A stretch of DNA of 64,000 bases from Chiloscyllium plagiosum (lineage: Eukaryota), in the NCBI RefSeq assembly GCF_004010195.1, contig NC_057753.1, positions 1,306,760 to 1,370,759 of the forward strand. The letters are read 5' to 3'. Under the pieces are notes generated by a model. The model saw nothing but the letters and a program-made list of their open reading frames with translations. It was not told where the DNA came from and ran no database searches. Each line of letters begins with the position of its first letter. Position 1 is the stretch's first letter. Of this stretch, positions 1 through 13,049 are shown in pieces. The translations under genes were made by a program, and so were the position numbers.

Positions 1-326
1 TTCCCTGGTGTCGTGGAGTCCAGAACTAGAGGGCATAGGATTATGGTGAGAGGGGAAAGATATAAAAGAGACATAAGGGGCAACGTTTTCACGCAGAGGG
101 TGGTACGTGCATGGAATGAGCTGCCAGAGGAAGTGGTGGTGGCTGGTACAATTGCAAAATTTAATAGAAAATTGTATGTGTATATGAATAGGAAGGGTTT
201 GGAGGGATATGGGCCGGGTGCTGGCATTTGAAACTAGATTGCGTTGGGATATCTGGTTGGCATGGACGAGTTGGACCGAAAGGTCTGTTTCCATGTTGTA
301 CATCTCTATGAGTCTATGACTCTATA
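1..326 (+). mobile_element. CR1-clade LINE 3' end
   Basis: Encodes typical CR1 ORF2 C-terminus (SRTRGH...RGNVFTQRVVRAWNELPEEVV), followed by 3'UTR and (CTCTATGA)n-like tail. Confidence 0.9.
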
Positions 327-479
327 ACTGCTTCAAATTAAATTATCTCGATATTGGTCCTGCTACATTTCCAAAAGGTGATGGAGATTTTCTCCTTCTC
401 CAGTAGGGCCATGTATTTATTCGTTGGGAAAGTTTTCCTTAAGACAATTAACAAATAGTTCCAACCCAAGCCCTGAACC

Positions 480-1420
480 TTGGCTGGAAAGATATACCGT
501 GTTGACTGCCACAGGGAACAATTTGGGATATCAACACTTTCTAACTTCAAACATGACTTGAATACATTTAGGGGAGGAATGGCTGAGGGTTCCATTGAAT
601 ATATAATGCCAGGGAGGAAAGCACGTTGTGCAGAAGCCATAAAGAAATCAAGAATGGACATAAATAGTTCGAGACAGGCAATCCTCTGGAAAAATAGAAT
701 ACAAAATGTCAAATTTTCTACTTCGTGAAGAAATAGCAAAATGAAGCATTACATCTAAATGATAAGCATTCCAAGTTTTCTGAAATGCAGAGAGCTTTAC
801 GAGTCTTCGTGCCAGCATTAGAGAAGATTATGTACTCAAATATAATTTAGGAAATCAAATGACATTAAACATTTATTGCAAGGCTTTTCGCATCCTAAAA
901 TGGAGAGATGATATTTCAGTAATACAATGCATTATTGAGGCAATATCTGGACATTGTGAGTGTGACCTTTCAGAGACAGGTCAGTGCAGGTTTAATAGAT
1001 TAAAAAGCAATGATTACCTTATGAGGATCGTTTTGACATGCTAGACTTGTGTCTGCTGAAATTTAGAAGGGTAAAAGGTGAAGAGAATTGAAATCTATGA
1101 GTATGAACCGTCTGTAATGGATGGTTTAGAAAAGTACATTTGTGATTGTGGGACGAAATTGAATGCGGGGATAATGTTGAACATATACATGAAGAGATTA
1201 TTTTCTCAGCATTCATCTTCATCGTTTGGAACAGCTTCCCTGAAAAGACAATAGCAGCAGTCTTCGAATATTTTGAATGCAGAGGTAGGTCGATCCTTGA
1301 GAAGTAGACGGATGATGGGTTAATGTGAACGACAGGAATATGAAGACATTAGACCAGCCATGAATTTCTGAATGGCATAGCAGCCTCAAAGAACCGAATG
1401 ATCCGTCACTGCTTCCTTAT
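480..1420 (+). mobile_element. Old degraded CR1 LINE fragments
   Basis: Degenerate RT C-terminal and 3'UTR motifs (ttccattgaatatataatgccaggg, tggaacagcttccctgaaaagac); boundaries approximate. Confidence 0.6.
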
Positions 1421-1729
1421 TCAAATACATGAAATTAATGCATTGCATTTACTTTAAGAAATGCTTCAGTTTGAAATGCTTTCTTCAATTGGTATGATAT
1501 ATTAGTTTAAAGGCTTGGTGTTTGAATAATTCCAGAATACCAGTGACAATATGCATTTAATTTCTCGTAAATTGTTTACATGGTTTTTAATAAAGCTTTC
1601 TTTTGCATTTTCCAATTGAAACTTCTTAGATGAAGGACATAACAAATGTGTCATTATCTGTACAAATTCAGGGAATAAAAACATTTGAAGGATGTTGTAA
1701 CTACTGGTCCCGGTGGATCTAACAGTGGG

Positions 1730-1737
1730 TATAAATA
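1730..1737 (+). promoter_or_regulatory. TATA box of the GPCR gene
   Basis: TATAAATA 84 bp upstream of the exon-1 ATG at 1814. Confidence 0.6.
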
Positions 1738-1813
1738 TAACGGCTCTGTGAGTGTGTTTTTTGGATTACAGTGATTGCCTGTACACAAAGGAGCTCATCA
1801 CCTTGCAGAGAAA

Positions 1814-1880
1814 ATGTTAGCAACGTATTATACAATTGCAAAAGTATTCTACATGATGATTGCAGTCAGTGGTGTTCCTG
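1814..1880 (+). CDS. GPR139-like class A GPCR, coding exon 1
   Basis: MLATYYTIAKVFYMMIAVSGVP then phase-1 donor G|GTAAGC; joins in frame to the acceptor at 8716 to complete TM1 (GVPVNVVAIVIL). Confidence 0.85.
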
Positions 1881-2769
1881 GTAAGCTGTTACCATCATTT
1901 ACGATCCGTAAATCTGTTTGGGATATGACTTTTTGTTTTCACCTTCAATTGCAAATATTTCATGCTGATTCATTATTGGACCTTCATAGGTAAATGTTAT
2001 AATTTGTCAGACTATACATAGAAAGATTTCTGTACTTGTGTTCATGATCCTATTAGAAAATAAACCTCTCCTGATAAATTTAAAGTAAGCTGAATAATCA
2101 GACTATTTACTTTAATGGGAAATCATGTGTTGTCGAATACGACTATAATGAAGACAAATTTCTGAGTAATTTACGAATTGATGGGTTTTGATATTAGAAT
2201 TGTGCTCAGCGGCAGTCACTAACTTGAGTGCAAGTCTGTACACTGGACGATTGCAGAAAATGTGGGATACCGAAAAGTGTCAACTCTTGACCCCAGTGCC
2301 ATGTCAGTGTAATATTACACTGAGCCTTGGTCACTAAGCTGATGAAACCATATCATCCACTGGCCATGTATCAATGAAAGTACCGGCCAGTGTAAAAGTT
2401 TATCACCCGTGGATTACTAACACAAGCAAAAACGCCTGGATGTCTGGGTAGTGCACTGTAAATTATACCTACCACTGATGAATTGAAGTTTTCAGGTTGG
2501 AAGAGGCGGGGTTAGTTTATAATATAACTGAAATGATGGTAGCAAAACCAAAAGGTATATATGCCTAGAATTCTACACATAGATTTGCACTAACTCTGTG
2601 GATGTACAGGGTGGGAGCTAACATTTGCACTAGAAAGGTGCAGAACAATGTGTATTTACAAGTGATCCATCACTCCTTGCCTTTCAATAACGTTTCCACC
2701 TCAGAATCCGCCAAATATAAACATCTCATTGGTCGTACCTATCAGAGGTTGTGGTTAAAGGAGGAGGCT

Positions 2770-3070
2770 AAATAATGACAACCCATTGACTTATAACTCC
2801 AAGAATATTGCCCATCATCTGCCAGATTCAAGGCAGGAGTGATGCACCGATCTCAACTTCCCTGCAAAAGTTCAACTCCAATGAATTTAAAAGGTTCCCA
2901 TTATCATAGAGAAAGAAACCTGCCTGTTTAGTGACCCCACTGAGAACCTTAAATCTTCAATCTCTCCGCCATTATTGCACAGTGTCAGAAGCATTCTTCA
3001 AAATTTATTGCAACAAACTATCAAGGTTCTTTCAATGGAACCTTCCATACCCACGATCTTTACCAGTATT
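2770..3070 (+). mobile_element. Degraded CR1/L2-type LINE 3' fragment in GPCR intron
   Basis: Same family as 7340-7850 (…caaggcaggagtgatg…, …caaggttctttcaatggaaccttccatacccacg…). Confidence 0.5.
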
Positions 3071-3974
3071 CCATCACATTGCCCAACGTCTGGTTACGAA
3101 CCTGCAGATATATCTCTGAATGCCATCATCATCTATTATTCGAATATCTGTCATGCAGAAATGTACTAAACATCGAACAATAACAACCAGGTTGAAGTAC
3201 TTGCTTCCTGTGGTTGTGAATTTCTCCCACGACGATCATATTTGCTCGGTCCCTGAGAGCTCCGTCCAGCAATTCCTGGGTTGTCATCTTCTTTCAATTG
3301 TGAAGCAACGTCTGACTCTCGGTCTCATGCATGAGAAACTTTACCTGTCAGTGCTGTTTTGGACTCAGTCTTGCCCACTAAGTGGAGAGGTGCAGCCCAT
3401 TAATTTGAAACATCTTTTTACTGATGAAATATTTCTTATTCTGTCTTAGCATCACAACATACGTCTTCTGTCAAGGTTTTAATGTGAAGTAATTTTCTTT
3501 GCAGTTATTCACTAACAAGTGCAAAAAGTAAATACTTGATGATATTTCTCTGCTCATAAAAGGAAGTTGCGAAAGCAACTTTTATCTGTTTCTTGGCAGC
3601 TAAACAACAGTACAGCCTCTATAAATGTTTTAAATTGTATTTATTTACTTCCACGTGAGCATTTTAAAGTTAAGTTGCTTACATTGTTCATTCATCCTGT
3701 TCGCACAAGTTTCAGAAAATCCGTGGGAGTGAATATTGTCATTACTATTGCCCTGAAACAGTATCACTATTGCACTCAAAAACAATGTGCGCGAGAATGT
3801 GTGGTTAGAACGCACTGTCATCTTTGCAAGCTCAGTGACATTTCTTCAAAACTGAAAAAGGGACACTCCAAAAGAGGCAACATTTGAAATCAACCTTTCT
3901 GACTCCAACTCAAGGACACTAACATGGCGCTGGAAGAATATTCTGGTTTTAGGGTATCTCTCTGTCTTATTTAT

Positions 3975-6780
3975 AGTTACAGAGTTGTACAGCAAGGAAA
4001 CATGCCGACCATATATCCGAACATGATCTCGTCCTATTTGCCATATCCTTCTGAACCCTTCCTGTTCATATACGCATCCAGATGCCTTTTTAATGCAGTA
4101 ATTTTACCCGCCTCCTCTATCTCCACTGGCACCTCAATCCATACACGCACACCTTCTGTATGAAACGTTGCCTCTTAGGTCCCTTTTATATCTTTCCCCC
4201 TGACCCTCTAGTTCTGGACTCCCCCACCACATGGAAATTACCTTCTCTATTTATCCTATCTATGCTCCTCATAATTTTATAGACATCTATCATATAACCC
4301 CTCTGCCCCCATGCTCCAGAGAAGACAGCCCAAGCCGATTCAATCTCTCGTCATAGCTCAAATCGTCCAACCCTGGCAACATGATTTTCAATATTTTTTG
4401 AACCCTATCAAGTTTCACAAAATCTTTCTGATAGGAAGGAGAGCAGAATTGCATTCAATATTCGCAAAGTGGCCTAACCAATGTCCTGTAAAGCCACAAC
4501 ATGACTTCCTAACTCCTATACTTATTGCTGTTACCAATAAAGAAAAGCCTGCTTCACTATCCTATCTAACTGCGACTCTTCTTTCAAGGGTCCATCAAAC
4601 TGCACTCCAAGGTCTCTTTGTTCAGCATCACCCACGAACTTACCGTTAAGTGTATAAGTCCTGCTCTGATCTGATTTCCAAAAATGCAGCACCTCGCATT
4701 TATATAAATAATATTCCATCTACCACCCCTCAGTCCATTGGCCAATCTGATCTAGATCCCATTGTAATCTTAGGTAACCTTCTTCTCTGTCTAGTAGATC
4801 TCCAACTTAAGTGACATCTGCAAACTTACTAACTATACCTCTTATGCGGACAGCCAAATCGGTTTTTGTAAATCACGAAAAATAGTAGACCCAACATCAT
4901 TCCTTGTGACACCATCGGTCACAGGTCTCCGGTCGTAAAAGCAAACTTCCACCACCAGTTTTGTATCCAAATGGCTAGTTCTGCCTGGGTTCCATGAGTT
5001 TTGTTGGCTGCAGGGTAGCCTCACTGCTGCCTCACAAAACCAGTGACCCGGGTTTGCTTCCAGCCCCCGGAGACTGTCTGTGTTGTGTTTGCACTATCTC
5101 TCCATGTCTCCGTGTGTTTCCTCCGACAATTCAAATATGTGCAAGTTAGGTGAAGTGGTCATGCAAAATTGCCCGTAATATTCAGGGATAAGTATAGAGT
5201 GATTGGGAATGCTTTCTGGTGGGTTGGTATGGACTTCTGGGCTGAAGGGCATGTTACAGGAATTCAAATTCTATCCAATCTTGCTACCCTGTCTCCCATG
5301 AGAAACCTTGTCAAGCCCTGACTGAAGTCCGTATAAATCGCTTTCAGCACTCTGCCCACATCAATCCTGTTTGTTACTTCTTCAGAAACGTCAATCAAGT
5401 TCGTGAGACCTGATTTCCCACGCACAAACCTATGCTGACTATCCCTAATCAGTCCTTGACTTTCGAAATACAGGATTCCCTCCAACAAATTGTCCACCAC
5501 TGACGTCTGGCTCTCTGGTCTCTCGTCCCCTAGCATTTCCTTGCCACCTTTCTTAAATAGTGCCATCACGTCAGCGAAACTCCAGTCTTCCGGCTCCTCA
5601 CCTGTGACTAGCGATGATACACATATCTTAGCAAGAGGCCCAGTAATCACTTCCCAAACTTCTAACAGAGTTCCAGAGTACACCTGATCAGACTGCGGAT
5701 TTATCCACTTTTATACGCTTCGAGGCATGCAGTACCACTTCCTCTGTAATATATAGCATATTTAAAGATGTGACTATCTATTTCTCCACATTCAATATCT
5801 TCCATGTCCTTCTCCAACGTAAACACTGATGCAAAATACTTAGTTAGTATCTCCCCCATCTCCTGCAACTGCACGCATAGGTTGCCCCGTTGAATTTTGA
5901 GGGACCCTATTCTCTCTCTTGTTACCCTTTTGACCTTAATGTATACATGAAAACACTTTTGATTCACCTTAACCATATTTGCCAAAGCTCTCTCCAGTCC
6001 ACATTTTGCGTTCCGATTTCCCTCTTAAGTGTACTCCTACTGCATTTGTTGTTCTCTAAGAATTCACTTGTTCACTCCTGTTTGTACCTGACATATGCTT
6101 CCTTCTTTTTCTAAACCAAAACCTCAATTTCTCGAGTCATCCAACATTCCCTACATGTCCCAGCCTTTCCTTCCACCCTGACATGAATTTACTGTCTCTG
6201 GACTCTCATTATTTTTGAAGGCTTTCCATTTTCCAGCGTTCCTGTTACCTGCAAGCATCTGCCCCCAGTCAGCTTTTGAAAGTTTTTGCCTAATACCGTC
6301 AAAATTAGCCTTCCTCCAATTTAGAACTTTAACTTCTCGATCCGGTCTATCCTTTTCCATCACTATTTTAAATCTAAAAGAATTACTGTGACTGGACCCG
6401 AAGTGCTCCGCCACTGACACCTTAGTCACCTGCCCTGTTTTATTTCCCAAGAGTAGATCAGGTTTTGCACCTTTTCTTGTAGGTATATCCACATACTAAA
6501 TCAGAATATTTTCTTGTACATACTTAACAAATTCGTCTCCGTCTAAACTCTTCACACTATGGCTGCCCCAGCCTATGTTTGGAAAGTTAAAATCCCCTAC
6601 CATGATCACCCGTTTATTCTTATCGACAACTGAAATCCCCTCACAAGCTTATTTCTCAATTTTCTGCTGGCTATTAGTGCACATGTAATACAGTCCCAAT
6701 AAGGTGATCACCCCTTTCTCATTTCTCAGTTCAACGTAATTAACTTCCATGGATGTATTCCCGGGGATATCGTCCGCAGG
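3975..6780 (-). mobile_element. CR1 LINE (endonuclease to 3' end, disrupted) in GPCR intron
   Basis: Minus-strand ORF pieces with CR1 ORF2 motifs (PTRKGAKPDLLLGN, KRVTRERIG, PEDW..A.V..LFKKG, SQHRFVRGKSGLTNL, KCEVLHF). Confidence 0.9.
5010..5260 (+). mobile_element. HE1-type tRNA-derived SINE nested in the CR1
   Basis: actgctgcctcac…gacccgggtt head and gtctgtgttgtgtttgcac core shared with the other copies. Confidence 0.75.
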
Positions 6781-7339
6781 TACAATCTATGAAGGAGGAT
6801 GAGAAATAATTATGGCTGTAACAGCTGCACTTTTTGTGATACTTTAGGTGCTGGAGGTGATTTCCTCGAATTCTAGGAGCAGCAATCGCCGTTTTATATG
6901 CTGTTGCATTGCATTGGAACTTTGGGGGGAAAGGTCAAAACAAGGGCACCTTTAACACCGTGAAAGGAAGACAAACCGTCAGCCAAACTGTTCAAATATG
7001 TTATTACATATCTCTGGATTAGGTGGGACATGAACCCGAGGTACCTGTCTGAGAGGTTTTTCAGCATTTATGTTATTTCATAATCACCTGTTCAGAGATG
7101 TTGTTACATAATTTTAAAGCACGTATGCCTTGAATCCTCCTGGTGCAAAGATAAGAATAAAACCACAAGAAGACATCAGTCTGCTTTGAAACATTCAACA
7201 CTAGGAAAGCGAATTTAGAGCGTTGTTTGCCATTTAAACAGATAATTAAGGCCTTAAAGATCTTTGCCCACATCATTTATTAGAAACTGATCTGGGGCAA
7301 AGAAGAGTAGGTGCAAGGCCATGAATCCCACAGTAAGTA

Positions 7340-7850
7340 ACTCACTTCTTGAATCAATAAAGGCTGTTCACCAACCACCTCGCAGAATTCAAAAGAATGA
7401 GAGAATATTCCACACTTGCCTGGTAAAGTGTAACTCAAATATAAGTTGAGAAACTTGTCACAACAAAGCCAAAGCAAATCTTTTGAGGGGCATCACATTC
7501 TCAAACGTCAACCACCTGCCAACATGGTCACGAAAAGTAATTGATTGCTACATCTGAAAGATTCACCACAGAATATCACCAAGGCCACCTGCACAACATC
7601 TTCTAAAAACTGAAGCACTGGTAGGTTAAGAACAGAAGCTTTTCGAGAGCACTATGATCCACAAGTCCCACTTCTAAACTACTCACCATTATAATGAAAT
7701 AAGTCACTGTTCTTGAATGTCATGGAATCAAAATCCTGAAACTCCCTCCTGAACTGCGATCTGGCTGTACGTGAACCAATTGGACTTCTGTGATTCAAGG
7801 ATGTCACTCGCCACTACTTTTTAAAAGACTAACAGTGAGAGACAAAGAAT
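7340..7850 (+). mobile_element. Degraded CR1/L2-type LINE 3' fragment
   Basis: gaatattccacacttgcctgg…caccaaggccacctgcacaacatcttc…aaatcctgaaactccctcc 3' end pattern. Confidence 0.55.
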
Positions 7851-8715
7851 GCAGTTCCCGCGGAAGATGATCACAAGTTCTGAATGGTTTAAAAATTGTA
7901 AGTGGGTCAAAGATCCGGCGTCCATTTTGTGCCTTACTCGACGTGCGTGCCACGATAACCTTAAATGCCCTTTTATTTTTCGGAAACCGATGAGGTATGG
8001 ACGGGTAAAGGCAGGTGTGTTTATGCCATACTTCATTTACTCTTCAAAACAGATGGCAACTCACCAAGCCAGTTTTGGTGACGATTGAAGGAGGGAAAAA
8101 CAGCCACAAAGTAAGACCTGATGAGTCGCATCCTCCCTGCACGGACGCTGCCATTTCTATTCCTTCCACCATTTTTATAAATTAAGGACTTGGTCCCATT
8201 ACGCTGAGTTTTCTTTTTGGAGAGATTTCACCCGAATTGTGGCTGCCTGTTATTCAGTAAGCATTTCCACTACTACTGGGCATGCCTTCAGCTCAAGTCA
8301 TGTTCTCTTTGCTCTGAACGATCACAGTGTGTAACCTATTCCCTCGATCCACCACCGTTATGAGCTTCTGATATTACCTTCAGCTATACATAAATGTTCT
8401 CAAGTTTATTGAGGATGATGAAACTGGAACAGCTAATATTGCCCTCCAGTTTATTAAAATGCTGCCATCCTAACAACGATATCTAATATGCATACTGCCA
8501 GGTTACTCATAACTGCTCTTCCTTAAATAAAATTAGATGTTGGAGGGTTAGAGCTGGATATAGCTGAAGGTAGATTTTTGTCATCATTATTGCAATGGTA
8601 AATTCACTATGAACACCTTTGTGCTAGAATTCAAGAACTACTTTTTTTTTGACTGAGATCATTGAAATGAATAATCAGCAATTTCCAGATTCATTTCCTT
8701 TTTCCTCTCTTACAG

Positions 8716-9620
8716 TTAACGTGGTGGCTATTGTGATCTTAGCTCGGGGAAAGTGTGGACTCTCCATTTGCACCACTCGTTATCTGGTGGCTATGGCAAT
8801 GGCTGATTTGCTGGTCATTATCACGGAAGTCATACTATTGCGGATCAGTTATTATTATTTCCCAGGATCGTTCCTGGATATAACCCCTGTGTGCTGTGTT
8901 ACCTTTAGCCTGAGTCATTCAGCCATAGACTGTTCTGTATGGTTTACACTCACATTCTCCTTTGATAGATTTGTTGCCATTTGTTGCCATAAGCTGAAAA
9001 CAAAATACTGCAATGAGAGAAATGCTTATGTGGTAGTGGTAACAACTTGCATTCTCCTCTGTTTAAAAAACATTCCTTTCTACTTTGCATATGAAGCTAA
9101 AGTAATAATAGACAATTTACCTTGGTATTGTTATGTCAAGCCAAGCTATTTCACAGAGACTGGGTGGATAGGATTTGATTGGTTCGATACAGTTTTAAAC
9201 CCACTGTTCCCATTTGTTTTAATTCTGATTATCAATACTCTGACGGTTAGATATATTTTAGTGACCAGTCGAGTCCGTAAGAGTCTGATGGGCCAAAACA
9301 AAGGAGAAAATCGTAGTGATCCAGAGGTGGAGAGTCGAAGGAGGTCTGTGATTTTACTCTTCAGCATATCTGGTAGTTTCATACTTTTGTGGCTACCATA
9401 TGTCATATATGTTTTCTATTACAATATTTCAGCAACAAATCCTTCGCTTTCCGTATATAACTCTTCATATATACTTTCAAAAGTCGGATTCATGTTGGTG
9501 AATTTAAGTTGCTGTACAAACACGTTTATTTATGTCGTGACTCAGTCCAAGTTCAGGGAGCAGATCAAGAATTCCATTAAACATCCACTTCAATCAATTA
9601 TTCGACTTATTAATGCATAA
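8716..9620 (+). CDS. GPR139-like class A GPCR, coding exon 2 (spliced protein 323 aa)
   Basis: Acceptor tttcctctcttacag|TT; uninterrupted ORF with 7TM pattern: YLVAMAMADLL (TM2), FSFDRFVAICC (DRY variant), NPLFPF (TM5), LLWLPY (TM6), SCCTNTFIY (NPxxY variant), helix 8 SKFREQ. Confidence 0.9.
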
Positions 9621-11641
9621 AGTAATTAAAATCGTCTAAACGTGGAACTTCAAATCAGTGAGTGCAATCATTGACTGCATATCTTGACCCAAAAGTGAAA
9701 ATATCATTTCCCATGAATATTTCTAAAAATATCGATCACAATTGTCCCTGTCTTTCTGTTTTAGATGGAGGTTAAACAAACGGGAAACATTTAAATGTTC
9801 TACATAGCTATTACCTTTCACATCCCATTAGAATGCAACTCATGTTTTGCCATCAGCTACGAACTGATATCAATCCATTCCTCTCTCGATCAACTCATTG
9901 AGGCTGAATGAGCAAGCTTCCAACATTCATGTGTTGGGGGGTATTGAAATCATATTAATTTCATAGCTGAAGAAGAGCAGTAGTGCGGTGGGGTTTAGAG
10001 TGGATATAATATGGACTTGGGGAAATGGACAATACAGCCTTGAAATCTGGCATATCAAACTGTGTTGTGACCATAAATGCATCCATGACTCCAGACGTAG
10101 TCTCAACAAAATCTCATGCAGTTTCAGCAACATTTTCGTAGTCGAGTAGTTCTCTTCTGGAAAAGTCAACAACTGGGGACCAATGTTAAGAGGTCTGTAT
10201 TATAAGGGAGGGGCATAATTTTGAACTCACGATTGGAGAATGGAGCTTTTTTCTTCAAAACCTAAAGGGGAGTAAGTTGGTAAAATTAATCAAGTTTGAT
10301 TTCTATTCTTGCTGAACAAAGACACGGAGAATTATGGGATTTAACCGGGAAACTAAAATCGAGATCGCTATCATGTCCGTATTCATTGGTGGAGCTGACT
10401 GAAAGGGACATATGATCTAATTCTGTATGAGTGTTCCAAAAGGAAGATGTGCATTTTGTCTTCCAAATACCCTTCTACACTACATCTGTGCATTAATTCT
10501 CTCTGTTACCGCGTCAGGAAAATCAGCAACAAAACGTTCACATATTGTAAAGGGGAATACAGGTGTATAATTGTTGTGTGTTGAAATCAAAATTGAACAA
10601 ATTTACTTATAAACGTCGTATTATTCTCTGCGTGTCTGCGGCACAGAAAAGGCATCCTTACCGAAATTCAAACTTTTCCTCTACTCCTCACAACTTATAT
10701 TCCCTTTTAACTTTATATCATCGACCACTCAAGCCTGAACAATACTGGTTTATTTATTCCTATTAATAATACAAATTGTGCATTATCACTTCCTTGTTCA
10801 CATCTAATAAAAGCATTGGTAACAATTCGTTTTATATCTGAGCTCTTTACAGCAATTTCAATTTTTGTCCCATATATCTGCACATTGACCAAAATTTCTT
10901 TGTGCAAATGTGTTCATCATGACTCTGTATAATCTTAATTTGTGCATTAACGACTTCTGTAACCACTTATGAAATGGCTTATGGAAAACGAAACAAGTAT
11001 GTTATCTTTATTGGTTGTACTTTAAGGTATGCAATCTTAAAATTCAAACTCATCTTGCACAAAGCATGAAATACCATGACAAAGCCACGATGACTTTGTT
11101 GAGCACAACATGTATTACAATATTATGATTTATGCCGTGACAGATTGATTGGCATCTCCCTGAGACTGAAATTCATCAACAGTAAATCTCTGACATTCTG
11201 TCCCCTGCCATTTTGCACTCTTCTGAAGTTCAATCATTGGGAGACAGCCTTTATACCTCTTCAATGCTACGCTCTAAAGTTTTGCCATTTATTATTTACT
11301 AAACTGCCTTATAGTTTATTTATGCATAATGAAATAAAGAATGTTCGGGATTTCAGGGAGTCATGCAGTAACAGATGTGAGAGCCCATATATTCGTGCGA
11401 TTGATGTTTTTAAAATATGTTCGTCACTTAGAATTCGAGGTAGAAGGGACAATTTTAAACCTTTCCAGGAGTCTACCTTATTAGTGAAGTTTACGTTGAA
11501 ATTGAAGTGAACAGTGACAACCAGTGATTATGGATGGCCATCTTGCAGGCTTGTCAGTGGGACGAGGAATATAACAAATAATGAAAGGTAGATGGCAGAA
11601 TTTTAAAACTGATGTTACAGTTGACAAACATAAGGCAAATG

Positions 11642-11935
11642 CGGGAGTGTCACAGTGGCTCAGTGGTTCGCACTGCTCCCGCACAGTGCAAGGGACCCTA
11701 GGGTTCAATTCCAGCCTCGGAGTGTGGAGCTTTCACATTCTCCACACATTGTACCGTGTGGGTTTCCTCCTAGTACCCCGGTTTACCCCCACAATCCAAT
11801 GATGTGTAAGTTAGGTGCATTTGTCAGGGTTAAAGGTCGAGTAATGGGGAAGAGTTTTGATTGGGATACCCTTCAGAGTCTTCGTGTAGATCGGTTGGTC
11901 TGAACGGTCTGTTTCCACATTGTTGGGATTCTATT
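11642..11935 (+). mobile_element. HE1-type SINE
   Basis: A box (agtggctcagtgg), B box (gggttcaattcc), gtgtggagct… core and CR1-like 3' tail. Confidence 0.85.
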
Positions 11936-12528
11936 GTCAATTGTCTACAAATATTGAAGCTTCAGACACGACACGAATGTTTTCTAAAGATCTCACTGCT
12001 GCAACAACATAGAATTCCATAGAGATATGGAAAACAAGCCGAATAATTGGCTTTTATTATTATTACATGACCGGCATTTATTACCCTTCTACTTTTTTTG
12101 GAACTAAATAACCTTGCATGAATTTGCAGAGTAGCATTCCTGTGCTACTCGTCTAAGGCCAGACCAAGTGATAATATGAATGTTCCTTCCTTCATGGTCA
12201 TTGGTGCAAGAGTTTTAACACAAATAATAACAGATTATGGTGCAGACACAGTAGGATCGAATATCATTGGTTTGTGTTGTAAAATTCTACGATTCATCAT
12301 CTTCTCCACAGAGACCACTTTTCAATTCCAAGATTTTCTGTTTAATTTAGATTCTGCCAGATTCCATGCTACGGTTTGAATGCACGTCCCAAAATCAATA
12401 GCCTGACGTGCTGTAATATTCGCCCAGTGAGATGATTACTAGTTGTATATACTTATCTCTACCTCAGGGAGATATCGGTATAATGGTTGGATTCTTCAAA
12501 CCTTCCAGTAGGGGAGATATCTGGTCAC

Positions 12529-12636
12529 TGAATGTTGCCACCCAACCTTCGTAACATATAATATAACAGCTGGTTCCCACCATTGAATGCTGCTACCCAA
12601 CCTTTGTGACATATAATATAAAACCTGGTTTCCACC
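12529..12636. repeat. Tandem duplication, 55-bp period, 2 copies
   Basis: tgaatgttgccacccaaccttcgtaacatataatataacagctggttcccacc / tgaatgctgctacccaacctttgtgacatataatataaaacctggtttccacc. Confidence 0.85.
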
Positions 12637-12913
12637 TCTGCTCAAATTGATATCACTACGTTGGCATGATTTAGACCTTTCTGTCAGGGGAGGGTTTGTG
12701 ATCTTATTCGTGTCTCTGTATGAACAAAATGTCGACATATTAATTGGTAACTTTAAGCCCCTTTCTCTCAGGGAATTGTCTATGCTGTGAATGGTGTTGC
12801 ATCATACCACGATCTCGGGGTAATATTTGTACAATGATTGATGTGCAATGGTCCATTTCTCCCAATGTGATATCGAAACGCATAGTCATCTGTCTTCGTC
12901 AGGAAGGTACTGC

Positions 12914-13005
12914 CTGAAGAAGGGCTAATGCCCGAAACGTCGATTCTCCTGTTCCCTAGATGCTGCTTGACCTGCTGCGCTTTTCCAGCAACACATTTCC
13001 ATCTC
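12914..13005 (+). mobile_element. Short Penelope-derived insertion with hammerhead ribozyme core; 9-bp TSD
   Basis: CTGAAGA-A-GGGC(TAAT)GCCC-GAAA-C-GTC at 12914-12941; direct repeat AGGTACTGC at 12905-12913 and 13006-13014; near-identical to the terminus of the PLE at 31009-31565. Confidence 0.8.
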
Positions 13006-13049
13006 AGGTACTGCATACAGACTTGCCATCCAATGTGAAGATTCAAAAC

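Noticed and set aside
8649-8715. ORF-track N-terminus of the GPCR as a single-exon gene
   Set aside because: Starts at TTG and runs through a polypyrimidine tract/AG acceptor; a phase-matched upstream exon at 1814-1880 supplies the real start and TM1
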